Source of the DNA: Podarcis tiliguerta
Taxonomy: Eukaryota
Direction: 5' to 3' (one strand)
Length of the DNA stretch: 64,000 bases
Assembly (NCBI GenBank): GCA_965153285.1
Contig: OZ229111.1
Shown: in pieces, positions 13,328-28,300 of the stretch
Numbering within the stretch: position 1 is the stretch's first letter
Layout of the letters: every line of letters starts with the position of its first letter
Notes under the pieces: generated by a model
Seen by the model: only the letters and a program-made list of their open reading frames with translations
Told to the model about the DNA's origin: nothing
Database searches by the model: none
Translations under genes and position numbers: made by a program

Positions 13328-16300
13328 ATTTTATTAACAACAGTAACTTGCTTCAAAGTGGTGAATGGCATATTAATACAACAAAAAATGAAGCATGATA
13401 AAAGGCGATAAATTAATCAAACAAAACAATATAAGACAGGAAAATTACAACAGAGAAAAATAAAAGAGCAAAACTTTCTAAGCTAGAAGATTAAAAAGTG
13501 CTCTCATCACCCATATTACATATTATATTATATTATTTATAACCCACATTTTTAGTATCTAGATGCTTGAACAGACAGTGAGAAATAGCAAAATAGCTTA
13601 CCCCAGCTACAAAAATTAAGGGTGCTCTCACCACCACCCATTCTGAACACTCAGAGGTTGCATAAAAACAAGTAACCAGTGTTAAGAAACTGCCCCAAAA
13701 CATTTTCTTAAATATAACAATTAGGATCACTTTCAGTATTAACAGTTGCCAGAAGTATACACACAACCCAGCAGCCCTTATTCCTCTCAAAAACAATATC
13801 TGAACCAATCCTTAGAGCTTAACTTCAAAAGGAATATATTGCTCTCAACAGGACTAATTCAGGGGCCGAGAACCTTTTCCAGTCTTTTCCAGCTGCATTT
13901 CCTCCTAGGCAACTTCCTGAGGTTTCCATGCTAGTTGTGTAGGCAGAAGCAAAAAGTGGGTAGTTCAATGGATATGACTTACCTTTGTGCAGTAGGCTAT
14001 ATTCCAGCCATGCAAAAGTCAGAGATGGCTATACACCTACATGCATTTCTCAATCTATGCAAGAAGGAGGCATTATCACAGCTCTAGGACACATTCCAGC
14101 AAGGCAAAAGCACTCGAGGAAGGTGCAAAGCAGGGCCATTGAGGGGTGCCTGAGAAAGGGTAGCAGGGAGAGTCCTGAGGGTTGGGACAGAGAGGCCTGG
14201 AGGGTCACATTTGGTGCTTGGGCCTGCAGTTCTCACCCCTGGACTTGAGAACTGCAACCTAGAACACACTGTAGTATTTGATTGGGACCCACTTGTAATA
14301 AACAGAACCATTTGTTTTACTACAATCCATGTCTTAACAAAGGAAGTAATCACATAAATGGGTTCAGTAGGTTTGAAGAAAACTCAAAAACTACTGGTCC
14401 CTTCCAAAACACCAGATCTTGAGGCACTGTACCTGTATTTGTGTTTCCTGGGGCTCCTTCTTCTATCTTTGCTATTATGGTAGTAAGGGCAGGCATAACC
14501 CTGTCGACAGAGACGTGGGGGCTTCTTACATTGTTCTGTTTTGTAGTTTCCCAAAACATATGTTGTGTCTGTGAAGACAGGTGTGGCTGGTTAATTCGCG
14601 ATGACAAGCATATTGCTTCCTACATGAAGAACCTTGTGATAGGAGGAGCGGGCAGTCCAAGAACAATGGACAGCCCTATGTAAGACCCTAAGGAACTCAC
14701 CTTGCCACCTTGGCTCTTCACTGAGTATTTTCTCTATCATAGCATGGCTAGCGGCAACTGCAGACTGACCCTCTATGCCACCCTCTGATGTAGTCTGACC
14801 ATTCTGCAAAGCTTCCATGGCCTGAAGCTCCCTTAGGGAACAGAGTTAAATGAACAATAGGCAGGCAGAGAAGATTCAGAGAAAGAGATGTGTGTCTACC
14901 AGATAGGAGTTGCCACAATGCAGGAATTCCCATACATTTATTCTTTCTTTCTTTTTTTGCTAAGCCCACTTTTAGAGATTCAGGATTTGTATGAGCACTC
15001 TGTCCTCCTGCTATTTTGGAGAAAACTCCTACAAGACATATTGCACCCCATTTTCCACTGTTGTTCTATTAATCCCCTATACAACACACACACTTATTTG
15101 CACGCAGGGGCATGGTGCTTCATGAAGAAGGTAAAATAAGATCCTGGTTGAATCTCAACTGGTGTGCATCCAGCAAGTTAATATAGCATAATTAATCCTC
15201 CCCACCTCCCAAAACAAACTCAAGTAAACTCCTAGCACGCTTCACATATTCCCTTTCGATAGCCATAACATAAATAGAACAAATACAATGTCTATTTCCT
15301 AAACTTAAGTATTTTCATCTTACAGAACTATTGGAAAGAATACCTTAGGTCTAATGTTAACATCTCTTTAAACATGCTCTCCCATACATTTAATGAAATG
15401 ATATTTACCTCTAAGGGCCGAAAGAGACACTTGGTTGCAGACTCAGGGCTGGGAACCCCAGTCAGTAACACACAACTACACATCAGCTGGGGGAGGGTGT
15501 GATCTGCAGGGAAGAAGCAGCAGGCAGGGGAAGGGTAATTAATCCTTCCCCTACTGCCACTTTCCCACTGCAACTCCCTCCCTAGTCATGGGACTCAGAT
15601 ATGCATCTGCTGCATTGTGGGACAAAACAGATAAAGTGGTTGTAGACTATGGTGAAATGTGGATAGAAAAAAAGGGTTTTTTCTCAGAGCATATTCCCAT
15701 ACCATAGCATCTTCCCTGCGAATCATGTCCTCTCCCTCTGCTTCACAGATGTATGGGGGTGACCAGAATTCCTAGACCAGTGTTTGCTGCCAATGTCCAG
15801 TTTCACCCAATCTTACATACACTTAGGCTGCCTGTGTCTATACAAATCTTGTTCTAAGAAATTAAAGTCATACCATCCCTTTCTTTAAACTGATAGGTGA
15901 TTTTGACAGTCACCTTGTGGTGGAGATATGCCTGGGGGGGTATAGTTGGAGGGGGGCAGATTTAACCTCTTCCTAGCCACCTTACTATCTTATGTCTAGT
16001 GAAGGCAATGGCTGAGGCTTAGCAATAATCTGGCTTATATTAAACCCATTCACAATAATGGGGCTCCTGGCACCAAGATACTTGCCCAAGTCACCTTGTG
16101 ATGCATAAAAAGTCACAGGAAACGGCCTTAAAGGATTGTATATAACATATTCTTTTGTGTAGGGTGGGGGGGCAGGGGGGGAGGAAGAGAGAAAACAGAA
16201 CACCATCATACTTCTGATGCTAAACACTACACATTCAGCAGCATTTTGTACTCTGATCTGTTCCATTTTGGCTTAGCAAGCATACTTCTGCAGACAAGGA

Positions 16301-19300
16301 ACTTCATCCTCTACTAACCTGATATCATAAACTGGAGAGCGGAGGTCATGGGGCCCATGAGCAAAAGCACAGTGGAGACCGTTCTTGGTGCAGTTTCCTT
16401 TCGAGTCGGTCTCATGGATGCAGATTCCAGTTTTGTAGTAGCGCAGGTGATATCTACGTTCTGTGTCACCAGTAGTTCTATGCAGGAATGGACACCTACA
16501 GGGGAGGGGGGGAAAAGAGAGCTCGTAGAAACTCAAAGGCTGAAACATGCTGCCCAACAAGAAATTCTTTTTAGTCCTCACGGTTGTCAAATCCAGCACT
16601 TTTTTCCCATTTGTATCCTTTGTAAAATAAGGATATAAAATGAGGAAATGATCCTCAGGCCATTAATTTTAAAATAAACCTCACTAATTTCTCTGGGATT
16701 ATTCCAGAGCAAAAAAACCTTTGAATTACAGCCTTCATTGGGGGGGGGGTGGAATATATAGGTGTGGTGCAATCGTAATTAATTTTTTGTTCAAGTTTCC
16801 ACTTCAGCGTTTCCACATTTCTTCATGGGTTCTTCTGCATGATTTTTAAAAAGCTGGTTTGTTGAATTCTCTCCTCTCTGAAAGTGCAGGCTGGAACCTC
16901 CATCTGGTCAAGTTAGATGCAGCCTTGAGTAACTTACTCATCTCCTTCTGGACAGATCCCTGTGGTCTCATCGTATTTGGTGCAGTAAATGTCAGGACTG
17001 TAGTTAAAGGTGCCATCCCGACGGCGGATAGACCGGCGGCGACGCTGGTTGACAAAGTGCCAGTGGAAGCATGTATAGGGCCTATGCTGAGTACACTTGT
17101 GCTGCACAAAGAGTGGGCACTGCTCTGTGCGGAATTCCTTCAGGTATCTGTAAAAAGAAAGAAACTGGACTGAGCAGAGCCCACAAGGTAGATTCAGAGG
17201 TTCCATCCCATGTACAGTCCTGTAGGTAACCCAGTCCCAAAATGATTAGGGCTTTTAAGATTATCACCAGCACTTTAATTTGGGTTCAGAAACACATTGG
17301 GACGGTGCAGATGGTATAATGTAGGCGTAAAGCGCTTTAACCACCCAGCCCCAACCGACTTTTATTTGTTACAGTTGAAGGTTCTTAACCACTTTTAAAA
17401 GCAGCCTCATGTACACTGCAGTTGTCCAGCCTAGATACTCACTTGTGCATAGATAACTGAGGCAACATCCATTCTCTCCAGGTAGAGTTTCAGCTAACAA
17501 ACCAGCCAAAACTGGAAAAAGCACCCCTAGCCACGGCTGCCACCTCATCATCCCCATTTAGCATGGATTCTAGCAGTATTCACAAAATGTGAACTTGATC
17601 GTTCAGGTGAAGTGCAACCCCTTCTAGAATCAGTTACAAATTTCCATACAAAAGTGTATGTTTTTCCTTCCACAGGACCTCTGTCTTATCCGGATTAAGG
17701 TTCATCTTGTTCCCCCTCAGTTGTTCAAAACAGCCTCAATGCAGGGATTCAAGAGTTCAATAGTCTCCCTGGGATGAGGATTGTGTTAGCACCAGTCTTA
17801 CTTACTTCAGGAGGGTGTTCCAAAGCCTGGGTGCCACCAGCAAAAAGCCCCTCTCCTGCAGCCTGAACTCACTATGGCTTGAATCCAAAGATGAATGTGT
17901 GTGAGTAGAGGGGGCGGGGAAAGCAGAACACAAGCTTTTTGAACTTTGGTGTTTCTATAGAAATTTTAATACTCCTCTTGCTGTTATCACAATGGCATTG
18001 GACCTGAACACACCACACTGGTATTGGATGGATCTGCTATAACTCAAAATGAGAGGCCGCAAGGAGAAAATGGGAGTTGATGGAGAACAAGAAAGTGTAC
18101 TAATTGGACCCAATTTAAGACAGAGCCGTAGCTACCGGGGGAGGGGGGGGGGCTAGCCAGGTTTTTTGCCCCAGCTGAAGCCTCCAGAGAAGCACCATCG
18201 AGGCTCCCAACCTGTGTGTGTACGCATGCAAATGTGCATGGGGTGCCAAACTGGTCTTTGACCCAGGTGAAAGAAAGTTTAGTTTTGCCCCTGCTAAATG
18301 ACTGTGTGGGGAAGCAAATCCTTAAGTCTGAACACCCTTGTCAGAACTCTGTTCTGCACAGCACATTTTATGTATGCCACCTTCCCGGCTATACAGTCGT
18401 AACTTGGATCCCAAATGCCTTGGTACTTGGATGTTTTGGCTCCCAAACGCTGCAAACCCAGAAGTGAGTGTTCCGGTTTGCAAATGTTCTTTGGAACTCG
18501 AACGTCCAACAGGGCTTCCGCAACCTCCGATTGGCTGCAGGAGCCACGTTTCGGTTTCCGAACGTTTTGGAAGTCGAGCGGACTTCCGGAATGGATTCCA
18601 TTCAACTTCCAAAATAACTTACCATAACAAACTGAACTATAGAAGCTGCTGATTTATTCTAAGTCACTGAGATAAATGTAACCAAAGCCTTTTCTTTAAA
18701 ACTTGGATTACAGAAGAAAACACTAAAAATGTAGCCACCACAATCAGTTCAGTTTCATTTTCTATCCTATTGGGAAAAGGGCTGCCTGCACATTTAGAAA
18801 ACTGGTTAAATATTAAATAAGATGACAGTATTTTTAGATACAGTCCTATCCAATTCTTATGCGAGCACGTGCATATACATGTGCTTGTATAGGTAAATGT
18901 ACTTGAACTCTCCTAAGAAAATACTGGGTCAGTTACAAAACAAAGGAACACACAAACAGAAACCCTCAAACCCCTTAAGCAGACATTCCTTCACTGCTGA
19001 ATGAATGCCTGAAATTATTCACATGAAATAACTGAAAGCATCTAATCCATTTCACACTATTTCAGTTGAATTATTACTTTTGGATTCTCAAGCACTGGCT
19101 ATTACTATAAAAAACTGTTAGCGTGGAGTGTGTGATTACTAGCACTAAAAGATTACTGTCAGAACCAATGGTACTTCAGTTGCAGCTGGAGAAATCTGCT
19201 GAGAACAAGGCAGCAGATTTCTTCTTGAATGTTTGGGTCTGTACCAGAAATTACATTATTAAACATTCACTATTGACGATAAATAATTTTATTTTAGCAT

Positions 19301-22300
19301 GACCCCTAAAGGTATCAACTCTATGCCGATAAAAGCATACAGAATACCCCTGGGCCTTCAATGGGTAAGCATATTTAAGTTTATGGTGCAACAGCTGCTA
19401 GGACGCACTATGCCACACATTATACTGAGCTACATGCCAGCCTTTTTGCAAACACAGAATTCTTTCATTAGCAACTTCTGCCAAATAATGCAAACAATTT
19501 TTTTTAATAAAAACAGCCAGCCAGCCAACAGGGCTCAGAAACCTGAATAAATCCTGTATTGTCACCCAGAATTGAAGTTAAGTTTCAAGCAGGGTATGAA
19601 GAAAGGGTCTGCCTCTTCCAAGACAATAATGCCCACACATCACAAAGAACTCATAACCCACCTACTCTCAGCAGCCAGAAACATCATAACCAGACACTGG
19701 AGAGTCCTGTCAGGAGTAAGCATGGACCAATGGTACCAAATAACATGGGAAACAGCCTTACTAGAAAAATTAACCAATAAGCTGAAACTGACACGGGGAC
19801 AAATAGAAGAAGACGCCTTCACCCCGGTATGGCTCCCCTTTATCACATACACAGCCCAACAAGACAACGACAAGAATCCACAAACAGCATATGAATCAAT
19901 TTGGCTAACCTGATCCAAAACATCCACCCACCCCACTCACACATGAAAACACAAGTTCATCACAGCCAACCACAAATAAACAATCACACTCTAGGCCAAC
20001 CCCAACCTCTCTCACCACTAAAGGAACACAAGCAAATAGCAAAGAGAACCTGCACAAGTGACGCTGACACAACCCCCCCCCCACATTAAGTAAAATAGAA
20101 ACATTGCCACCCGACCCCACCCCCATTCACCATTCCCCCTCCACCTCTTTCCCCCTTTTCTTCCTAATGTAACACTAATGTCTCAACAAATGAAACTGAG
20201 CTGTAGAAAATGTAACTTGAAAAGAGACATTGCACATACTTTTGTAAACCTAGAAATCTTTAATAAAAATACTTTTTTTACAAAAGAAAGGGTCTGCCAC
20301 ACAACTTCAGAATTCTAGATACTCCACAAAATACAATGAACGGTGAGGTGAACACTACAAGGCATGCACATGTGTGTGGTCTCCTCTCTCAAAAGGTTTC
20401 AGTCTAGGACTCTGAAAAACATCTGCTACTAGGACCTCTCTTTGTCACCACCACCTTTGAGAGGGGCAGAACAAGGAATCACATGATCCCATTGACAGCA
20501 CCTGCAATTCGGAATTGCCAAGGCAGTATGACCTGTCTATAAATCCAGTTCTATTATTGGGAACTGCTTTGAGAAATATTACAGCAGAAAATGAGTACAC
20601 AAATATTGTACAAATATACACCATCATGTGTAAAGAATGCCCACATATCCATTTTACTACATGAGAACAGGCTCAAAAATAGACTTTCCTCCCACAAACC
20701 AAGTAGTTAAGCCAGATACTAAGTAGCTATCAGACATGTGTCCCAAAGGCTTCCTTGCATGAGAGAGGGCTGTTCACATAATGAGTCTTGGATTGAGTGA
20801 GAGCATGCAAAGTCAAAAAATTACTCCAGAATGGATTATTTCTTAATCACAGAAAGTCTTAGGTCCACAACTTAGAGATCTGTCTTCTTAATATCTCAGA
20901 CCATGCCCCTGTTATCACAAAAATACAATCAGGATCATACAGAGTCAGGATCCTAAGGAAATAAGTACATTGTTTCTACCCCCAACATACCGTACACCCT
21001 AACATTTTCACTTCAGAGAACGTAATCAGTTCCTAGGTTTTACTGTGGATAACCTCAAATTGAACTAGCTAGCCCAATTTCAACATATATTTACTCAATG
21101 CGTCAAGCAAGTAGAAGTGGCAGGTACAAGCCAACCAGCAGCAATTCCTCTCGGGTTCATATGGTTTTAAAGCACTGCATATTGTCTTAATCATGACAGG
21201 ACCTTTTTCCTGAACAGCTATACAACTTCTTTCTGATACTACTTTAATACGTCAGAAACTTAACCAAGTAGGAGAGGCACACTATTCTGCAATTATGCTA
21301 CTTCCTCAAAAGCAACCCAAAGAAGCTCTATTTTTAAATGTATGCAAGAATTCCATTTATAGAACAGCACCACTTTTTTTATTCTTTTATTTTCCCTTAG
21401 TTGCTAAATTAGTCACTCACAGGCTACAAAAACTCTCTGTTGACTCAGTTCAATAACTGTTTCTCCAGCTTTGAAAATCAGGAACATAACCCACAATGGA
21501 CCCTCAGAAAATTAAGGTCATCCAAACAGCCTCTCTCTAGTCAAATGAGAGCAGGACACATAGCCCAGGACTCATCCTTTCAGTAAATCGGCAATTTGGA
21601 ACAACTGATTTAGGCATTTGGAGAGATAAAAAGTAAGAACCTCCAGGCCACAGCTTCCTTTGATAGCACAGACTGCTCCAAGAACACTCACCTATAGGTA
21701 AGATTGCTTATATAGGGAACATTTGCAGAATCATAAATAAGGGCAGCTGAAAGTAGAGTTTAAGTAAATGTGCTTTTTTATATACAATACTTTTCTCCAG
21801 AGAAATAAAAGTTTAACAGAACCAATTGTTAATTTACATTACACATACCTACCTACAGCAATTGCAAAGTCACATGTTGTACTCCTCTGCTTATCTCAAT
21901 AAAATATAAAATGCTGCCTAGAACCCTGTGATAGGAAGTTATTCCAAGTGTTAATTGGTTCTGAACTGATGGCCTTATCAGAAATATCCAGTAGGCTGCA
22001 TAAGTCATTCATTCAAGGGCTTTTCCATTGGAAAAAGGAATCTTAAGTCGGCAGTATGCAAATCACCACGAATATCTGTCTGAATTTGGCTCAAATGTGT
22101 TCTGTAATTAACATGAGGCTAACCATCTGCTTGTGCATATTTGATGATCCAGTGTCTCAGTTAAGTGGAAATGCCAGTGCTGGCCAACTCTTCCAAAGTT
22201 TGGCTTGTAGCTGCTGATGCTTAAGAATCAACACCTTGGCCAAATTTAATTTTATCAAAAACTTTCACCTGCTCTGTAAATCAGAATCAACTGCCCAAAT

Positions 22301-25300
22301 GTCAAAGATTACTAGCTAGCTAAGACAATAAACCATACCGTATGCATGGAGTAGCAAATAGGATCTGCTAAAACCTCATGGTGAGATATCTAGAATGAAC
22401 AGTAGCTGATAGACAATGGAAGCAGATGGGACCCACAATGCTTACCAAAGCATGCTAGATGTTGCAAAATGGAATTTTGGAATGCCTGGATATGTACAGC
22501 TGCTAAGAAAGTCAGGCTGGTAGACAGAAAGCATTACATTTCAGAAAGCTAATTGTTCTCCCAAATCCTCTTTCCACCAGATACCTAAAAATCTTTGTTA
22601 TAAGCAAGAGACTATAGATTTTTAGGCTAAGCACCACAGCTCACTTTCTTTCTTCTTTAATAAGGCATTCCTGCATCAAATATGAAACAAGCTGTTTGTT
22701 CATTTGTGTGAGCATGAGACTCATAACCAGCAGCAATAGAAAACTACCTTATACAGAATCAAAAAATACATTCATCTAGCTCAGCATTCTTTACACAGTC
22801 TTCCCCAATCTGGTGTCCTTGGCAGTTGTTGGACCAACTGCCAGCAGCACAGCGATGATCAGGGATGATGGAAGTTGTAGCTCAGCAATGGGAAGAGATG
22901 AGGTTGAAACAGACTCATTCACATTCACTGGGATTTTAAACAGGGGGCTTTCCAAGTGCTCCCTCTCACCCTCCACTTTCCCATACTACAGATGCTGGTG
23001 ATTGAAGCTGGGAACTCCTACACTGAAAACATGCCCTGCATCACAGTGTCATCGCTCTTCTCCAATTTCTGGAGTCTCCAGGCTTCTACAGTGGTACCTC
23101 AGGTTAAGAAATTAATTTGTTCTAGAGGTCCGTTCTTAACCTGAAACTGTTCTTAACCTGAGGTACCACTTTAGCTAATGGGGCCTCCCACTGCTACTGC
23201 GCCACCACTGCACAATTTCTGTTCTCATCCTGAAGCAAAGTTCTTAATCTGAGGCACTATTTCTGGGTTAGCGGAGTCTGTAACCTGAAGCGTCTGTAAC
23301 ACAAGGTACCACTGTATCTGAAACCTTGAAGAATCTCTGAGTCTGTGTAGGCAATACTGAACTAGATAGAATTATGGTCTGTAACAGTATAAGGTGGCTT
23401 CCTAATGTTGAACCTAGCAGCTTTTGCATGCAAACCACTGCTGAACTACAGCCCCCCCTTAAAACATCACTTCATAAGAATATACACATGCCTCTATCTT
23501 AAGATTCCCCTACACTATAACATCCAACTAAATTTTTGAATTTTCTGTATCAGCAATCCAAAGTAAATTGGTTGGCACCATCTAATAAATAGCTGAATTC
23601 TAAATTCTCAAGACACGTCCTGGCATAAAAGTCCAATATGTCTCTTTTCTGAATACAACACTGATTACCATTCCATTATCTCCCTTCCACCAGCAAGACA
23701 TAATTTTGCAAGCCTTGCAAAGATCAACCACCATTTAAGCTGCTCAAGACAACACAAATTTTGTGGAAACAAATGAAATTGGGAATGAAGGGGTGTGGCA
23801 AATAGATGAAAAGGAAAGTGTTTCAATAAATGTACATCTGTCAAGATGACAGTTCTGGCTTGCCTTGAAATAATCTTTAGCACCTAAATAAATATCAACT
23901 AATTAGTACGAAAAAATCATTCAGGTAAGTCTTGCCCACAATTTTAAGCCTCTCATTTTTATTCAGCTCTTACCATACTATTAGTATGATTTCAAAGAGA
24001 TTAAATTTGAAGTGATTTACTTGATACCAATTAATTGTAAACACAGCACTGGTAGGCTCTAGAAATATTTACTGTATCACGTTATCTGTTAAGAATGGCT
24101 ATGTATCTTTGCCACTTAAAAACAAAAACACCTACAGGAATAAAACATATACAGGCAGTGTATTACTGAAACCCATTCAAAAGGCCTGCAAACACCCTAC
24201 CCCGCCCCACTCTGCCCCTATTCCACCTCCACCCCACCCTTATAGTGATGTTTCAGTTACATCTTTATGATGTTTCCAGGTCACTTCCAGGTTTGGTGCG
24301 ATGCCAAACACAGTTGCACACATATTAAACATGCAGAAATGAGGGGTTGCCTGGGTATGTTAACAGCTCTCCCACTTAACACAACTAAAGATTGTAAAAG
24401 GGCAAAATAGCATGGGAAGGTAAAATATCAGGGGGGTTTTAAACTCTCTGACCGAGATGTTTAACATGCTTTTTCAAATGTTTTGTGAAATAAGACAAGT
24501 GAAGCGTCTTCATATATCCAAAGAATGTAGTTAATGATAACATTCCCTGCCCGGGCATGATGTCCAAATGAGTGGTGGCAGTTAATCTTGGAAGAGCCTG
24601 GTTGGATTCATTTCTAAACTAGCTTCATACCTGTTTTTTTGTTTAGTTTTTTTACACAGAAGCAGCCTTGGTTGCCCTGATGCATACTTATGCTGGGAAG
24701 AATGTCAGTGGCTATATTGATACAGGACCTGATACAGCCCCCCCACCCCAGAGATTTTTTCTGCCTTTCAGTACTCCAACACTTCTAAAATAGAATCAGT
24801 GCTGGGTAATAATTTCATTGCAAGAAATGGAACTCTGCCTGTGTCCCTAAGCACATCCTTGTCAAAGGAATCAACCCAAAGGAGAAGATATTGACCAACA
24901 GCTATTTATGTGCTTGACATGGAAATTGTCCTACAGATCATCATATATTTAAGCATCATCTTAAGTTAAATTATCATTATACTGTGTGCAGCATTCATCC
25001 ACTTTACTGGTGATCTGTTATTGCTGCAAAATTAACTTAATTATAAGCCCTGTAACTGATGTATATTAATAATTGCAGCAATCTTATAAGTATTGTGACA
25101 ATGTAAATGTAATGCTGCACTAAATTAAATTCCTGTCCTAATTTCAAGGAGGCATTAAATCTGATCACCAAGTCACCAGAGTTCATTTCACTACTGATCA
25201 AGAAACACAAGTAGAAAAAGATAATGACCCTTGCTATGGAATTATTTCAAGAACTTAAAATGGAATTCTTGATCCTAAGAGATTTCTGGAAACATCGAAA

Positions 25301-28300
25301 TCACAGCCATGACATCTAGCCAAATCACAATACAATGTTACAAAACGGAATTGAGACCAAACTAGAAATTACATGGTAGATACATGTAACACTCTCATGA
25401 TAGTTTTGTAATGAAAAGCAGCTGTAGGAAGTTGTGAACTTGAGTGGAAGAGTTCTGTCCCCCACCCCACCCCCCAGAGAAAAATAGCAGAGGGAGTGTT
25501 GAAGGTAAAAGGTTTAAGCCAGCACCTTAACTATTCCTCTTCACAACCTTTTGTGGCTACTTTTAATTATTTTCTTTTTAAAGGTCAAGGCTCAAGGGAT
25601 CATTACATTTATTTGCGGAACCTCATGTCAGCTAATAGGAGCTGATCTACTATGCAGCCTCTAGTATGGCCAACAGAGGGCAGCTTTGAATGCTTATTTG
25701 GTCCAGATTTTGTTGGTTCGGGTATTAAAAGAAGCTTGGGGCTATGAAGTTCCTGCTAATGACTAAGAAGCTGATACTGGAAAGAAAGAAACTCTCAGTA
25801 ATACAGGGTCCTTTTGCAAGTATAATAATTTTTTACCGGCAAGTACAGTACTACCTACCTAGGCAAGCTTCACAAAATAAACACACAATTCAAATTCTGC
25901 ATTCACTGCCTTGCACTCATACACTATGCATCTTATATTTTGTCATCATTCATATTTATTGCAGCTTAATCCTGAATTTGATTGTTTTGAATTACAGGTT
26001 TACTTTTTAAACTAAAAGAGGCAGATGTACTTCCTTTCAAGGATGCTCAACCATTGGAGAAACTTGCCCCCCCCCCCAAATGAATAGTACATAACATACT
26101 GTGAATAGGTTTGAATCTACAAACAGGGATATATTTATAACAGCTTTACAAGATTAGAAAAGAATAAACAGTTTGAAAGAACTCTTACATGAATAAAATA
26201 CCATTTTAAAACAAGTTCATTTGAAAGATACTGGCACATGTAAGACTTAATATGAACTAGAGCACAGGAAAACTTAGCCCGCAAACACATTTTCCATACC
26301 ATACTCCTACAGCCAGGAAATCCACAATCAGAATGATAGTACCATTAATTCACCTCTGAGAAAGCACGATCAGCCCACACAAGTCTGGTTACTTAGCTTT
26401 TCCTTTCAGGAATGCTTCGTTTTCACACTTGCTAGGCTGGGTGTCATTTAGCGCCTGTCCATACAAATGACAATTATTCCAATGTGTCCACACCAGTATC
26501 TGGTCCTAGGGCTCCTTGAATGCTCACTTACAGAAAGAGCTGTGTTATGAATGGGTTGCCCATTTATTTTAGGGGAGGTGGCAGTCCTTGCATCAATTTC
26601 CTCTCCTCATAAGAAATCTGAATGAAATGCTGGGTCGTGATCAGGACACTGGGTCAGGTTAACTATGGTTTGGTGTGTAACAAGCAGTTCTCAAAGCAGA
26701 GTACAATAAAACCATAAAACACTAAGAAATGTGGGTGGCCAAGGAGCTTCCCAAAATAGTATGAGCTTTGTCATTGGGGGGGGGCGGAGCTACAGTTGGA
26801 TGGGAAACTGTCCAAATTCAGGTGGACACATTGTGCTATTCAATAAAGTCCCTGGACACCCTGGCTTTTTGGGTGGGTGTAGGGGAGAAGGAAAGATAGG
26901 CTGCACTGCAAGCAACCTCTTGCTTCTGCAACCTGTGTATACGCAGACTATGTTCTATAAAACAATAAATACAGCAGAATGAAAAAATATCAAATTAAAG
27001 ATCAAATGTTCGCCTAAACTTAAAGGCATAAACTGCCTGTCTGCACAATCCAAGATTTCAGACCTGACACATCTCCCAACGGCAGGGATTTCTACAAGCC
27101 CAGGACCATGAGGAAGTATATAAACTGGAGGATAGCTGTACCTCTGGTAACAGTGAAAACCATAACAAAGTTTCACTAGATTGGTGCTGTGTATCTGATA
27201 CTAGTAAAAAAACTGTATACACCCAAACAAAAGAAAACCATGTCTGCAAATAAGGAGACTGTAGTAAGTTATGCCTTTTTTAAAGGAAACATTTACAAAT
27301 ATTCAAGAAATGCAATCTGTCAGTATCATTTAAATATTTACTGAAGATTTAAGGTTACAGATCTATGCACACTAACCTGGCAATAAGCTCTATTATACAC
27401 AGTGAGAACTCATTTCTGAACAAAAATGCATAGGATTGTTCTGTTAACTTGGCCCTTATATTGCTTGACTCCTTAAAGATGGTCTCCTTGGGTGCCTTTC
27501 TGGCGGAAATATGAGAAGCAAATGTTACCAATTAATTAAATAACAATCTGGCATTCAAACTAACTGTTAAAGTATCATCAACTTAACTAACAGAAAAACT
27601 AATGTACTTGGAATCATTAAAAGCCAACTATGGCTCACTGGGAATGTATCCTGCCAGTTTTAAAAGATCTTCAGTGACTATTGATTCATTTCTGAGCCCA
27701 GTTCAAGATACTGGTTTTGATCTTTAAAGCCCCTGACAGCTTGGACCTCAGGTACCTTAAGGGCTCCCTACTCCTGAAACAATGTGTCTGATTGGTAAAA
27801 TGTTTCTACCCCATTGCCCTCTGTAGAGTGCCCCTACTAGGAGAGATGAGGCAGATGTCAACACAGGAGAGGTCTTTTTCATCTGTGGTGTCCTGAATGC
27901 AGAATGCATTTAAATATGCACTAGGTGTCAATGCTGCTTGCATCCAAGTGAATAAATCTAAGTGGATCATTTTCAATGTGACTGCTTTTGAATGTGCATC
28001 TCCATTAACATTCTGGCACAACCAGTCATTTTTTAAAAATGAATATTTTCTTTCCTAACACACCTGATCACTTGCTTTCACTTCCTTTGAATACAGCTTT
28101 GTCAACTGGTCATAAGAAATGCTTATTTTGCTTCAGTCTAACATATTCCAAGGTATAATTTCCACACAAAGGTGAAAATCCAATGATCCTTGGGTTTAAA
28201 TTTCAAATCATGTGGAACTCACTGGTATTGCCTTGCAATATAACATCTTCACTTCAGGGAACATGTCAAACTGCAATCAAACTCTCAGTGACTCTACTTC

